Positions 19,590-29,450 of a stretch of 51,830 nucleotides of DNA are shown here, piece by piece. The stretch is from Ignavibacteria bacterium (GTDB lineage: Bacteria; Bacteroidota; Ignavibacteria; UBA10030; UBA6906), in the NCBI GenBank assembly GCA_040290295.1, contig PSMW01000004.1, forward strand, positions 86,168 to 137,997. Reading direction: 5' to 3'. Every line of letters starts with the position of its first letter. Within the stretch, counting starts at the first letter, position 1. Below the pieces are notes generated by a model. That model was not told where the DNA came from. It saw nothing but the letters and a program-made list of their open reading frames with translations, and did not search any database. A program made the translations under genes and the position numbers.

Positions 19590-20117
19590 TTACAGGCTCA
19601 ATCGCATCACGTAGTCGTTCATCCAATAACCGTTGCCGATGTCGATATCTTCCTCCCGAATGATACTGAAACCGAGATGCTCGTAAAAGAATCGAGCAGG
19701 ATTCTGGCGGTTGACGTTGAGCTCGAGCGCGACGGCACCGTGCTCGCGGATGCGACGTACGATCTCGTCGATCATGAAACGACCAATACCTCTCCCCTGG
19801 CGATTGGGAAGGACATAAATCTTGTGGAGTTTGAATATGTGATCGCCTGTGGGACTGAAGGATGCAAATCCCACTGCCTCGTCGCCTTCGTAGCAGAGGA
19901 TGAATTCATGACCATGCTTTTCGATTTGCTGTCTGAGAGCTTCGTCGCTGTACATCATGTCCAGCATGTACGTGATTTGCGCTCGCGAAAGGATCGTGCT
20001 ATAGGTCGCAGGCCAGATGATCGATGTGAGTTGTTGAATGAGCGGGATATCAGTCGTGGTCGCGTGCCGAATCAAAAGCGTGCCCTTGGCAGGTGACGTG
20101 AGTTCACGTGCGCTCAT
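19590..20117 (-). CDS. GNAT family N-acetyltransferase
   Basis: LHKIYVLPNRQGRGIG acetyl-CoA motif, NVNRQN...FYEHLGF. Confidence 0.92.
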   Translation of the reverse strand: MSARELTSPAKGTLLIRHATTTDIPLIQQLTSIIWPATYSTILSRAQITYMLDMMYSDEALRQQIEKHGHEFILCYEGDEAVGFASFSPTGDHIFKLHKIYVLPNRQGRGIGRFMIDEIVRRIREHGAVALELNVNRQNPARFFYEHLGFSIIREEDIDIGNGYWMNDYVMRLSL

Positions 20118-20118
20118 C

Positions 20119-20832
20119 TCACAGCCCTCCGAACATCTTGATGATGGATCCATTGACCGCCCGCGAGGCGTCTGAGCACAGAAAAAGTATCACTTCAGCG
20201 ATATCTTCGGGCGCTATCCAGGCGCTTGTGTCAGCCTCAGGCATGGCGGTGGTGTTTTCTTCTGTACGGATAATGCCGGGAACAATCACGTTCGCCGTCA
20301 CGCCGGTACCGCGGACTTCGTCGGCGATGACTTCGGTGAGGGAGATGACAGCCCGTTTGGAAATCGCATAGGGACCTTTTTTCGCTCCTGATGTCAGCGC
20401 CGGCATCGCGCCGATGTTCACAACGCGCCCCCACCGTTGTGCAAGCATCTCTTTGAGCACAGCCTGCGACATGATGAACGAGGTCTGGAGATTCTTTTCA
20501 AGCATTGCATGCAACTGGGCAAGCGGTACTTCAGCGATCGTTTTCCCTCCCGCATAACCACCTGCAATGTTCACAAGTCCGTGAACGCCCTTGAAAGCCT
20601 TGATCGCTTCGTTGACGACGCGCTGAGCGTCTGCTTCTTTCGAAGCATCCGCTTCGACCATCAACACTTGGGATGAGGCGTTCTTCATCCACCCGCTCGC
20701 AGTTGCTCGCCTGTTACCAGAACGAATCGGGAGAACAACGTTGGCACCCTCATCCACGAATCTTCGCGCAACAACACTCCCCAAGGCTCCCGCTGCACCT
20801 GTTACGATGTATGTCTTTTGACGAACCGACAC
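20119..20832 (-). CDS. Short-chain dehydrogenase/reductase
   Basis: TGAAGALG, VNIAG, YAISK catalytic motif. Confidence 0.92.
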   Translation of the reverse strand: MSVRQKTYIVTGAAGALGSVVARRFVDEGANVVLPIRSGNRRATASGWMKNASSQVLMVEADASKEADAQRVVNEAIKAFKGVHGLVNIAGGYAGGKTIAEVPLAQLHAMLEKNLQTSFIMSQAVLKEMLAQRWGRVVNIGAMPALTSGAKKGPYAISKRAVISLTEVIADEVRGTGVTANVIVPGIIRTEENTTAMPEADTSAWIAPEDIAEVILFLCSDASRAVNGSIIKMFGGL

Positions 20833-20858
20833 GACACGGACGTGGGTAAGGACATTCC

Positions 20859-20919
20859 AATATATCCACGACGCGGACCACTTGCAACGGTTGCTTTTCC
20901 AAGCCAGTTACAGTAGATT
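20859..20919. promoter_or_regulatory. Back-to-back divergent sigma70 promoters
   Basis: Minus: TTGCAA-N17-TATATT (20887-20859); plus: TTGCTT-N17-TAGATT (20891-20919). Confidence 0.55.
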
Positions 20920-20959
20920 ATTATGTGTTCAATCAACAATCGAGTTGGCTGAGCTTCCT

Positions 20960-21499
20960 ATGACTGGGCTTCGAAGTGGAGCGAGCGTTCTGCTCATCGT
21001 TGTTGCGATTGCAACGGCACCAGCAGGCAAATTGAAAGTCGGTGACCCCGCACCCGAGTTTACGCTCTCCTACGCAACGAAAGATATGATCGTGCCGAAC
21101 GGGTTCTCCCTCCGCAACGAAATCGGAAGGAACACGATCATTCTCGCCTTCTACCCTGCCGATTGGAGCGGCGGATGTACAAAACAGATGTGTACGTTGC
21201 GGGACGGGATGAAGGAACTTTCCACACTTGGAGCTTCGGTGTTCGGAATCAGCGGCGATTACGTCTATGCCCATAGAGAGTGGTCGCGTCAACTCGACCT
21301 GCCGTTTCCCTTGTTGAGCGATCCCAAGCACGAAGTTGCTTCCCGCTATCAAAGCTACAACGAGCAGACGGGATTCAATCGCCGGACGGTGTTCGTCATC
21401 GACAAGCAAGGACGGATCGCATCTATCGATTGGCAGTACAGTGTGTCAACTCCTGACTCCTTCAACAAACTGAAGATAGCTCTTGCTGCTCTGCAGTGA
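20960..21499 (+). CDS. Exported peroxiredoxin-like (AhpC/TSA) protein
   Basis: Signal peptide, KVGDPAPEF, FYPADWSGGCTKQMC, FPLLSD, RTVFVID. Confidence 0.85.
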   Translation: MTGLRSGASVLLIVVAIATAPAGKLKVGDPAPEFTLSYATKDMIVPNGFSLRNEIGRNTIILAFYPADWSGGCTKQMCTLRDGMKELSTLGASVFGISGDYVYAHREWSRQLDLPFPLLSDPKHEVASRYQSYNEQTGFNRRTVFVIDKQGRIASIDWQYSVSTPDSFNKLKIALAALQ

Positions 21500-21526
21500 A
21501 GTTCGGAAGGTTCTCAAAGATTGAAG

Positions 21527-21814
21527 ATGAACGACTACGTCCCCATATCCTGCGCTGCCTATGACGTGCTCGAAGCAGCCGCCGTTAGGCGCTCACCGTT
21601 GCGTATCGCTCTGCGTTCTGCAGACGGCATGCACGAGCGCGACGTGAAGGTTCTCGACCTCTTTTCGAAGGATCGCTTCGAGTATGCTCGGTTGCAAGAT
21701 CTTGCCGATGCATCGGAGTTCGTGGTACGGCTTGATGCAATCGAGCAGATTACCGATATGACAACGCATGCAGTTTATGTCACCAACACGTGTTCACCAC
21801 ACAGCTCCTCATGA
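21527..21814 (+). CDS. Rof/YaeO-like Rho-binding antiterminator
   Basis: MNDYVPISCAAYDVLEAA resembles the Rof N-terminus (YxPIxCxxYDxLE); C-terminal VRLDAI. Confidence 0.7.
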   Translation: MNDYVPISCAAYDVLEAAAVRRSPLRIALRSADGMHERDVKVLDLFSKDRFEYARLQDLADASEFVVRLDAIEQITDMTTHAVYVTNTCSPHSSS

Positions 21815-21820
21815 AATCGA

Positions 21821-22894
21821 ATGATGAAATTTCTAACTCCCCTTGCATTCGCTCTTACGCTTGCGGCGAGGTTCTCGCACTGCTCCACGTCGGCCGGCAG
21901 GCAGCAACAAGTCGATGCTTCGCTGATGATGCCCGGCGAGGAAAAACACCTCGCGAACATCCGCCAGTTGACATTTGGGGGCGAGAACGCAGAAGGCTAC
22001 TTCTCGTTCGACGAAAGGATGATCACCTTTCAATCGACACGCGACAGTTTCACGTGCGACCAACAGTTCGTCATGGACCTTGTTACCGGCAAGACGACGT
22101 TGATCAGCACGGGAACAGGCAGAACGACATGCGGTTATTTTCTTCCCAACGATAAGCAGGTTCTCTTTTCCTCGACCCACCACCACAGTGCTCAGTGTCC
22201 TCCGCCGCCCGATTACTCCCGGGGCTATGTTTGGCTTGTCTCACCGGAGTATGACATTTTCGTTGTGAACGTGGATGGAACGAATCTCCGCCAACTGACA
22301 TTCACACCGCTTTATGACGCCGAGGCGACTGTCTCTCCTCTTGGCGATCGCATCATCTTCACATCTTTACGGAACGGCGACCTCGATCTCTACAGTATGA
22401 ATTTGGATGGAACAGATGTCCGCCAGCTCACGAACGAACTCGGCTACGACGGCGGAGCGTTTTACTCATGGGACGGCAAGCGCATCGTGTATCGCGCATG
22501 GCATTACACGGATTCAGCGGGAATCGCTGATTACAAGCAGAATCTTGCACGTGATCTTGTGCGCCCCACACGCATGGAGATCATGATCATGAATGCCGAT
22601 GGCAGCGGCAAGAAGCAGATTACCAACAACGGCGCAGCGAATTTCGCCCCATTCTTTCACCCGGATAACAAGCGCATCATCTTTGCGTCCAATATGCACA
22701 ATCCCCGAGGCCGCAACTTCGACCTGTTCATCATCAATGATGACGGCAGCGGACTCGAGCAAATTACGTTCAATCCGACATTCGACAGCTTTCCAATGTT
22801 TACGCGAGATGGCAAAAAGCTTATCTTTGCCTCCAATCGTAACGGGAAGGTACCAGGCGAGACGAATCTTTTCCTCGCTGATTGGATAAACTAA
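21821..22894 (+). CDS. Exported TolB-like beta-propeller (PD40 repeats)
   Basis: Repeated RQLT...SPDG-like...IxFxS units; N-terminal signal. Confidence 0.85.
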   Translation: MMKFLTPLAFALTLAARFSHCSTSAGRQQQVDASLMMPGEEKHLANIRQLTFGGENAEGYFSFDERMITFQSTRDSFTCDQQFVMDLVTGKTTLISTGTGRTTCGYFLPNDKQVLFSSTHHHSAQCPPPPDYSRGYVWLVSPEYDIFVVNVDGTNLRQLTFTPLYDAEATVSPLGDRIIFTSLRNGDLDLYSMNLDGTDVRQLTNELGYDGGAFYSWDGKRIVYRAWHYTDSAGIADYKQNLARDLVRPTRMEIMIMNADGSGKKQITNNGAANFAPFFHPDNKRIIFASNMHNPRGRNFDLFIINDDGSGLEQITFNPTFDSFPMFTRDGKKLIFASNRNGKVPGETNLFLADWIN

Positions 22895-22919
22895 GCAACG
22901 TGAAGTGAAAGGAACGCTC

Positions 22920-24722
22920 ATGCGAAAACTCCATGTTATTCTCCTCCTGCTCGCTTTCTCGGCGGCAACGCTGCTCGCCCAGACGGTTGCGCCCGCTATC
23001 ACTGCCGAAGAGTTACGCACGCACGTGAAGTATCTTGCGTCCGATGAGTTGGAAGGCAGGGGCTCGGGTACGGAGGGCAATCGCAAGGCTGCGCAGTACA
23101 TCGCCGAAGAGTTTCGAACGTATGGGCTGAAGCCTGCCGGAACCAACGGCAGTTACTTTCAAGAGTTCGAATTCGTTTCGTCGGTGAAGCTCGGCTCCCA
23201 CAACAAACTCGCGCTTGAACGCTCGGGTAAGGTGGTTCGATCGTTGACGCTGGATGTCGACTTTCGGCCTTTCGGCTTCTCTGCAAACGGTAAGGTGAAC
23301 GCTCCCACCGTGTTTGCAGGATACGGAATTGTGGCGAACGAACTCCAATACGATGATTATGCGGGACTCGATGTGAAAGGGAAGGTCGTGTTCGCTCTGC
23401 GATATGGTCCTGACGGGAACGATAACCATAGTCCGTTCTATCGCTTCACATCCTTCCGCAACAAGGCTCGGTACGCGCGGGGAAAAGGCGCGGCGGCACT
23501 GATCATCGTCGATGTGGAGAAGGATGAGCCCCTCAAGCTTTCGTTCGATCAGTCGCATGCCAGCTCCGGGATTCCTTGCGCGTCGATGCGAGCGACGATC
23601 TTGGAGGACGTGTTGACCCCACTCGGTCACAGCCTTTCCGGTATTCGCGACAGCATCAAAGCCTCACGGCGCCCGGTAGCGTTCGAACTTCCCTATGTGA
23701 CGGTGTCGCTGGAAACCGAGATCGAGAAAATCATGGCGAAGACCGCGAATGTTCTCGGGTATCTCGAAGGAATTGATCCGGCTTTGAAAACCGAAGTGGT
23801 CGTCATCGGGGCACATTTCGATCATCTCGGTTACGGTGGAGAAGGTTCCGGCTCGCTCGTTCCACATCTTCACGAGATACACAACGGCGCAGACGATAAC
23901 GCTTCGGGAACCGCCGCGTTGTTAGAGTTGGCGCAGCAGTTCGCCGCTGCCCCTTCGCGTGCTCGCACCGTGGTGTTCATTGCTTTCTCCGGTGAGGAGT
24001 TGGGAACGCTCGGCTCGCAACAGTACGTGAACAATCCCTTCTTCCCTCTCGAGAGAACGGTTGCCATGATCAATATGGATATGGTAGGACGACTGACCGA
24101 CAACGCGCTCACGGTGTACGGGACGGGTACTTCGCCGGAATGGATTTCAATCCTCAAAAAGTACAACACACCATCACTTAGCGATACGTTCGCGCTGACG
24201 TTCGTGCCCGATGGGTTCGGCCCGAGCGACCACGCGTCCTTTTACGGAAAGGATATCCCGGTCCTGTTTTTCTTCACCGGCACGCACAACGACTATCACA
24301 AGCCCTCGGACGATTGGGACGAGATCAATTACGAAGGCGAAGAGCGTATCGTACGCTACATCTACAACATTGCAAACGAAATTCAAAGCAGTACGCCAAA
24401 GCCAAAGTTCACGCGCGCACAAACCACAGCCGGCATGGGCGGCGGTGACTCAGGTGGCTTTACGGTGACGTTGGGAGTGATTCCCGAATATGGCGAGAAC
24501 CTGCAAGGAATGAAGATTGGTGGAACGCGTCCCGGAGGACCGGCGGACAAAGCTGGACTGAAGGCTGGCGATATCATCATCGGCCTCGCCGGCAAGAAGG
24601 TACTCAACATCTACGATTACATGGGCATCTTGGGCGAGCTGAAACAGGGACAGGTCGTCGATGTCGAAATTCTCCGCGACGGCAGGACGATGAAGATTGC
24701 CGCCACGATGCAGAAGCGCTGA
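22920..24722 (+). CDS. Secreted M28 family aminopeptidase with PA and PDZ domains
   Basis: GAHFDH, GADDNASG, GEE, NMDM, SDH, YH; C-terminal PDZ (GGPADKAGLKAGDII). Confidence 0.93.
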   Translation: MRKLHVILLLLAFSAATLLAQTVAPAITAEELRTHVKYLASDELEGRGSGTEGNRKAAQYIAEEFRTYGLKPAGTNGSYFQEFEFVSSVKLGSHNKLALERSGKVVRSLTLDVDFRPFGFSANGKVNAPTVFAGYGIVANELQYDDYAGLDVKGKVVFALRYGPDGNDNHSPFYRFTSFRNKARYARGKGAAALIIVDVEKDEPLKLSFDQSHASSGIPCASMRATILEDVLTPLGHSLSGIRDSIKASRRPVAFELPYVTVSLETEIEKIMAKTANVLGYLEGIDPALKTEVVVIGAHFDHLGYGGEGSGSLVPHLHEIHNGADDNASGTAALLELAQQFAAAPSRARTVVFIAFSGEELGTLGSQQYVNNPFFPLERTVAMINMDMVGRLTDNALTVYGTGTSPEWISILKKYNTPSLSDTFALTFVPDGFGPSDHASFYGKDIPVLFFFTGTHNDYHKPSDDWDEINYEGEERIVRYIYNIANEIQSSTPKPKFTRAQTTAGMGGGDSGGFTVTLGVIPEYGENLQGMKIGGTRPGGPADKAGLKAGDIIIGLAGKKVLNIYDYMGILGELKQGQVVDVEILRDGRTMKIAATMQKR

Positions 24723-24760
24723 TCCTACGGATAATACTTCACCGTTGTGCGGAAGAGACG

Positions 24761-25786
24761 TCACGGTTCGCCTCGCTTGCCCAGCTCGATTTCCTCGACC
24801 ACCGTGCCGTGTGGGTCGTAGGTGTACGCGTACTTTGCCTGCAGCTTGTCTTCGTCTTCGTACAGTTCCTTGAGCGTAGGTCGCTTCGACCCTTCGAATG
24901 TGTAGCGCTCTCGAGACTCAAGCCGATCTCCCGACGTGTAGTGAGCGACTTCGATGAGATTTCCCGTAGCATCGTATTTCGTAGAAACGTGGGAGATGAC
25001 CTCACCGTCATGATCGTATACACTCTCGTCCGTCAGGTTGCCTGCTGCATCGTAGCTGTACACAGTTTTCGAACGTAATTCGCCTTGCTCATCGAACTCC
25101 AGCGCCTCGGCTTTCCTGCCTCGCCCCTCGTAAACGAACTTCGTGCGTGTGATACGATCACCGCTCGCGCGGAAAACACTCGTGCCGCTTCTTCTTCCTG
25201 CGGCGTCGTACTCGTGGGTCGTTTTCTTCTCCAGTTCTCCATTCGAGTTGTATTCAGCCATCTCTCTTTCTCGCGACGCATTGTCGTATTTGTACATGAC
25301 CTTGCGTCGCAACTCCCCGTCGCCGTTGTACTCATCCTTCTCGATGAGATTGCGTTTGGCGTCGTAGGTAAAAACTTTTTGTTCTGTCAGCGTGCTATCC
25401 TCATCGAAGGAGAGTTCTTCAACAAGGTTGCCTACATCGTCGTAACGAAAGATCGCCAAGCTGTGCATCACGCCGTCCTTGTAGGAACGGTGAAGTGTCT
25501 TCTTGCCCAGACGGTTGAACTCGATGTACTCCTCGATCGTGCCCGGTTCTTGCGGGCTGCCGAATTTGTACATGAGGCTTTGCTTGAGAAGCGACCGTAC
25601 GACAGGCGTCTTCACCGCCGGTCGAGGAGCGGGTGGTTCGGACTTTTGGGGTTGTTCTGCCGGAGCGGACGGCTCCTGGCGTTTTCCCTTCTTTGCTTGA
25701 GCCAATCCTCCATCGAGTGTGAGCAACAATGCAGCGGATAAGGAGAGGAGGAGTGGATGGACAATCAGATTTATCAGTAGCTTCAT
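24761..25786 (-). CDS. Secreted YD-repeat protein (~10 repeats of 26 aa); frame continues past the TGA to 24725
   Basis: Signal peptide, Pro-rich linker, YDxxGN...GEL repeats. Confidence 0.85.
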   Translation of the reverse strand: MKLLINLIVHPLLLSLSAALLLTLDGGLAQAKKGKRQEPSAPAEQPQKSEPPAPRPAVKTPVVRSLLKQSLMYKFGSPQEPGTIEEYIEFNRLGKKTLHRSYKDGVMHSLAIFRYDDVGNLVEELSFDEDSTLTEQKVFTYDAKRNLIEKDEYNGDGELRRKVMYKYDNASREREMAEYNSNGELEKKTTHEYDAAGRRSGTSVFRASGDRITRTKFVYEGRGRKAEALEFDEQGELRSKTVYSYDAAGNLTDESVYDHDGEVISHVSTKYDATGNLIEVAHYTSGDRLESRERYTFEGSKRPTLKELYEDEDKLQAKYAYTYDPHGTVVEEIELGKRGEP

Positions 25787-25798
25787 GGATATGCCTCC

Positions 25799-26005
25799 TT
25801 ACACTTTCACGGTTGTGCGACTCTTGTGATCGGCAAGACGTTCACGTACTTCTTCGATAAACTCTTGCACGATGCGCAGCCGCGCATCTTCGCTGCGGGC
25901 TGCGAAGAGTTCATCGCGCTGTTGCTTGATCAAGCCATCGAGCATTGCCTTTTTATCGTCAGCAAGTGAGGCGATAAATCTTTCGAACGCATCTATAGCT
26001 GCCAT
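25799..26005 (-). CDS. Small helical hypothetical protein
   Basis: 68 aa, AAAGGA RBS, fills the gap in the operon. Confidence 0.65.
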   Translation of the reverse strand: MAAIDAFERFIASLADDKKAMLDGLIKQQRDELFAARSEDARLRIVQEFIEEVRERLADHKSRTTVKV

Positions 26006-26041
26006 CGTTTTCCTTTCTCGTTGTCGGATATTCTACAAACA

Positions 26042-26533
26042 TTATCGCTCGTAGCGCAATCCGCTCTCTCGGAGCGTAAGAATTGCGTCGGACGATCGCG
26101 AGTGCCATTCAATAATCTCCCCCACACACAGAAGGTGATCACCCGTCCGTAGCCTGCTCACCACGCTACACATCAACACGTCCGCTGCGCCGGTGAGATA
26201 CGGAATGCCACGATCTGTGAGAGTGAAATCGTTCAGGCTTACCTTGTTCTCATCTCCCCGCAATGATTTTAGATATCGCTTGGCTTGTGCCACAGAGCCC
26301 GACGGCAGGGTGTTGATGGAGAAGGACCGGGACTCTTCCAAAAGATGGAGGATGTTGGAATCATTTTCAAGAGCGATGGCAATCAGCGGTGGCTTGAACG
26401 ATACCTGTGTGATCCAGTTCGCAATGATCGCAGCAGAGCGCTCACGCGATGCCGTTGCAACGATGAAAAGGCCGTACGGGATTTTTCTCAAGATTGTCGT
26501 CAACGCTTTCTTGTCCACACTTGCACCATTCAC
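26042..26533 (-). CDS. Flavin reductase-like FMN-binding protein
   Basis: IPYGLFIV, WITQVSFKPP, GDHLLCVGE; GTG overlaps the upstream stop (alternative start 26518). Confidence 0.88.
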   Translation of the reverse strand: MNGASVDKKALTTILRKIPYGLFIVATASRERSAAIIANWITQVSFKPPLIAIALENDSNILHLLEESRSFSINTLPSGSVAQAKRYLKSLRGDENKVSLNDFTLTDRGIPYLTGAADVLMCSVVSRLRTGDHLLCVGEIIEWHSRSSDAILTLRESGLRYER

Positions 26534-26871
26534 GAAGTAGAGCGAGCTGCTGAGCACTTCTCGCACTCGCATAAAGAGCGAAGGTATTCCCAATGATACA
26601 AGCCTGTATCGTGCCCATCAGCCCACACAAGTTTCAGCGCATAGGTGCCGACAATCTCAGCGTTGACCAGCCGATAGCGGTCCGGCACTCTCGTGTCGGG
26701 TGGCGGCGGTTGATACGTGCGCAGGAGAACGGTTTCGCCCTTACAGCCTGCACATGGGCACGAATCTCTGAGTGTCGTGAGTCGCACGTTCCCCTCGTGT
26801 CCATCGGTCCACGTAACTGCCAGTGTTTCGGTGTCGAGTTGCTTGATCCTTATGGGTTGAGGTGTGCTCAT
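26530..26871 (-). CDS. DUF971 / GBBH-N-like metal-binding protein
   Basis: WTDGH, LRDSCPCAGC, VGTYAL..WADGHDTGLYHWEYLR. Confidence 0.88.
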   Translation of the reverse strand: MSTPQPIRIKQLDTETLAVTWTDGHEGNVRLTTLRDSCPCAGCKGETVLLRTYQPPPPDTRVPDRYRLVNAEIVGTYALKLVWADGHDTGLYHWEYLRSLCECEKCSAARSTS

Positions 26872-27644
26872 TTCTTCGGTTGCAATTTCGAATCGAAGAA
26901 CGCGAAGATTCTTTGCCATGCCGCCGCGGCCGTTTGCTCGTTGTAGCCGCCTTTGTTGTTTGGGTTCATGAACGCATGCCCCGCGTTCGGATAGACGGCA
27001 ACGCGTACATTCTTATCGAGCTGTTGCGCTTGGCGCTCGAATGTCTTCACGCTTGCAGCGGGAATGCCGCGATCTTTCTCTCCGAAGATTCCTAAAACCG
27101 GACAGGTGATCTTCTTGATTTCTTCAGGCTCGGAAAGAATCCGACCGTAGCACACCACTGCCGCTGCAAGTCCTTCGACTGCTGTGGCGGCGGCCAACGC
27201 GTAGCCGCCGCCCATACACCAACCGATCGTGCCGATACGGTCAGGGTACACGTCATCGCGCTCGCGAAGAACGTTGAAAGCGGCGCGCAAGTCTTTCACG
27301 ACTCGATCTTCCGGCAGGCCACGCATCAGTTCGTGCGCTTCATCGGAGGACGTTGCAACCTTGCCGCGATACAAGTCGATTGCCAGCGCTGTGTAGCCGC
27401 GTTGCGCAAACTCTTTCGCATTGTCCTGGATCCACTCATTCAAGCCATACCACTCATGAATGAGAATGACCGCGGGGAAGGGTCCTTCCATGTCGGGCTT
27501 CGCCAGAAAGGCTTTCACCGTATCGGCGCCGCTCGTGTACTCCACCCATTGCGTTTTGATTGAACTCTCACCCGCGTGGAGGCGGGCAATCGCCGCGGAG
27601 ACAATAATGCCGGTGTAGAGCAAACGACGAACAGAGCATCGCAT
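26868..27644 (-). CDS. Dienelactone hydrolase family protein with signal peptide
   Basis: IHEWYGLN, GWCMGG nucleophile elbow, GHAF; AGGAG RBS. Confidence 0.92.
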   Translation of the reverse strand: MRCSVRRLLYTGIIVSAAIARLHAGESSIKTQWVEYTSGADTVKAFLAKPDMEGPFPAVILIHEWYGLNEWIQDNAKEFAQRGYTALAIDLYRGKVATSSDEAHELMRGLPEDRVVKDLRAAFNVLRERDDVYPDRIGTIGWCMGGGYALAAATAVEGLAAAVVCYGRILSEPEEIKKITCPVLGIFGEKDRGIPAASVKTFERQAQQLDKNVRVAVYPNAGHAFMNPNNKGGYNEQTAAAAWQRIFAFFDSKLQPKK

Positions 27645-27682
27645 AAGGCATCTCCTCTTCCATAAAGTGAATCGATGATTCA

Positions 27683-28825
27683 TCAAACCTCGAACTTTCC
27701 ATCGCTGAGAATGCGCTCGGTGCCGCCGTCCGGGTAGAGGAACGTCACTTCCACGACGGTGATCAGCGGTTGCACGGGAGGAACGTACACACGGTCGATG
27801 TGCACCACGTTGTTGGGATTGCGAAACGACAGCGGTGATGTGACTCCTCCGAAGTGTTCGCTACGTCCGAACGCGATGTGCAAGCCGAGCTTCTCGTCCA
27901 GCAACGTGCTCCCGACAGCCTGTACGCCCCATTCGCCGAGAACACCGATACCGATTTCGGCAATATTGCCGTACGCGGGTTCAGCTTCGATCTTGGCACG
28001 CTCCTCTTTGGAATGCTTTCCCTTCGTCAGCACCGCGACCGCCCGATTCCGCTCGATGCGATAGACCACAATCTCGTCTTCGAACTGTACGGGGAGCAAG
28101 CCGTTGCTTCGACTTTCGTCCCCTTTCCTCTCCCCTTCATACGGAGTGATGTAGGCTTCACCCGAAGGCAAATTTCCCACCATGCCTTCCTCACGCATGA
28201 GACCGCTGCTCGCATGTGCTGGGCGATAGCGAAGGTCGAACAAACATTCGTAGGACTTCTTTTTCGCCGAGAGAACGATCCGCACCGCTTCCGCGCGTTC
28301 CATACGTTCTTGCAATTGCAGCACACGTTCGTGAATCTTCTCGTAGTCGAGCAACAGCGTGGGACTCATGACGCGCAAGAAACCGGGCATGGAGGCACCG
28401 CGGAACTGAAACTTGCGCGCCAGCATCTTCAACGGAGCCGTTGCCGACAGCTCCGTCAGCGCGAGAACGATACTCGACGAAGCGAGCACCTCATCGAGAG
28501 AGACCAACATGCCCGCGCCCAGCGACGCGTCCCCGAGATAGGCACGAATTTTTTTGACGAAGGGAGGTAGATCGTTATTGTTGCTGCCGACATTTTTGTA
28601 TGTGCAAAGGTTCACCTCACTGAAGGGTGTTTGCAGAGAATTGTCCGACAGCGTGTTGTACCACTCACCGGCGATCTGTCGGCGATCATACCAGTCGTCG
28701 TTGTCGGGCAGCTTCTCGTCCGGCAGATCGACGAGGATGGTGAGTTCGCCTTCCCGCAGCTTCAAGCCGAAGACAGTTCTGAACAGTGTGAGCAGTTCTT
28801 CGAATGTCAGATTGCGAATCATCAT
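27683..28825 (-). CDS. M29 (aminopeptidase T)-like metallopeptidase
   Basis: NLPSGEAY, AEIGIG, LDEK, HIAFG, HID. Confidence 0.7.
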   Translation of the reverse strand: MMIRNLTFEELLTLFRTVFGLKLREGELTILVDLPDEKLPDNDDWYDRRQIAGEWYNTLSDNSLQTPFSEVNLCTYKNVGSNNNDLPPFVKKIRAYLGDASLGAGMLVSLDEVLASSSIVLALTELSATAPLKMLARKFQFRGASMPGFLRVMSPTLLLDYEKIHERVLQLQERMERAEAVRIVLSAKKKSYECLFDLRYRPAHASSGLMREEGMVGNLPSGEAYITPYEGERKGDESRSNGLLPVQFEDEIVVYRIERNRAVAVLTKGKHSKEERAKIEAEPAYGNIAEIGIGVLGEWGVQAVGSTLLDEKLGLHIAFGRSEHFGGVTSPLSFRNPNNVVHIDRVYVPPVQPLITVVEVTFLYPDGGTERILSDGKFEV

Positions 28826-28900
28826 CGGTAGGCAGCAGACCACACACGCAACAAGCACAACGATATGGAAGCCAACTCAGCCATCCAGAACGGTCCCCCG

Positions 28901-29386
28901 TTACACCATGCGGCGAGCAACCTCGCGGAGGGCATCTTTCGTCAAGAACTTCTGGACAAGGGGAAATAAGATATGATTTTCTTTGTGGATGTGGTTCACG
29001 AAGAGGGCAACCATATGTTGTGCGACCTCGTGTAACTGGCGCGCAGCGCGTTTGTCGTGCTTCTTCGATGCAACCGCGCGCACAGCTTTGCGCAATCGAA
29101 CGAATTCTTTCCGGAGCGTCTTGTGCTCTTCGCGCATCAGTTGGGTGGGCCCTTCGACATACCGTTCCAGCACGGGGAAGAGCGCCTCTTCTTCACTGCG
29201 GTTGTGAACAGTCACCTCTTCGTTGATGAACTCCAAGGCAAGGCGGATCTGCGTGTATGCTTCCTCCGAATATCCGTGTTCAGCGATCGAACGGGCAGCT
29301 TTGTTGAGCATGGAAAGCTTCACCAAGGCTTCGTCATGCTCTTGCATCAGTTGCGCGATGGGGTCGATCTGACGCGAAGGAATCAT
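28901..29386 (-). CDS. Hemerythrin (HHE) domain protein
   Basis: EH, HNRSEEEALFP, EH, HIHKENHILFP. Confidence 0.9.
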   Translation of the reverse strand: MIPSRQIDPIAQLMQEHDEALVKLSMLNKAARSIAEHGYSEEAYTQIRLALEFINEEVTVHNRSEEEALFPVLERYVEGPTQLMREEHKTLRKEFVRLRKAVRAVASKKHDKRAARQLHEVAQHMVALFVNHIHKENHILFPLVQKFLTKDALREVARRMV

Positions 29387-29450
29387 CGGTCTTCCTCGTT
29401 GCGTTCTCTCTGGGGGAATGAACCTCTCAGCGGACTCATGCCGATAGCGG

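Noticed and set aside
20960-21499. Possible selenoprotein peroxiredoxin
   Set aside because: The active-site codon is TGT (Cys) and there is no in-frame TGA.
24725-24763. Selenocysteine recoding of the YD-protein TGA
   Set aside because: No redox-motif context, and the downstream hairpin is weak and lacks a SECIS-like G-containing loop.
24761-26005. Rhs toxin-immunity pair
   Set aside because: No Rhs core or DPxG cleavage motif and no toxin domain; the small gene is upstream rather than downstream.
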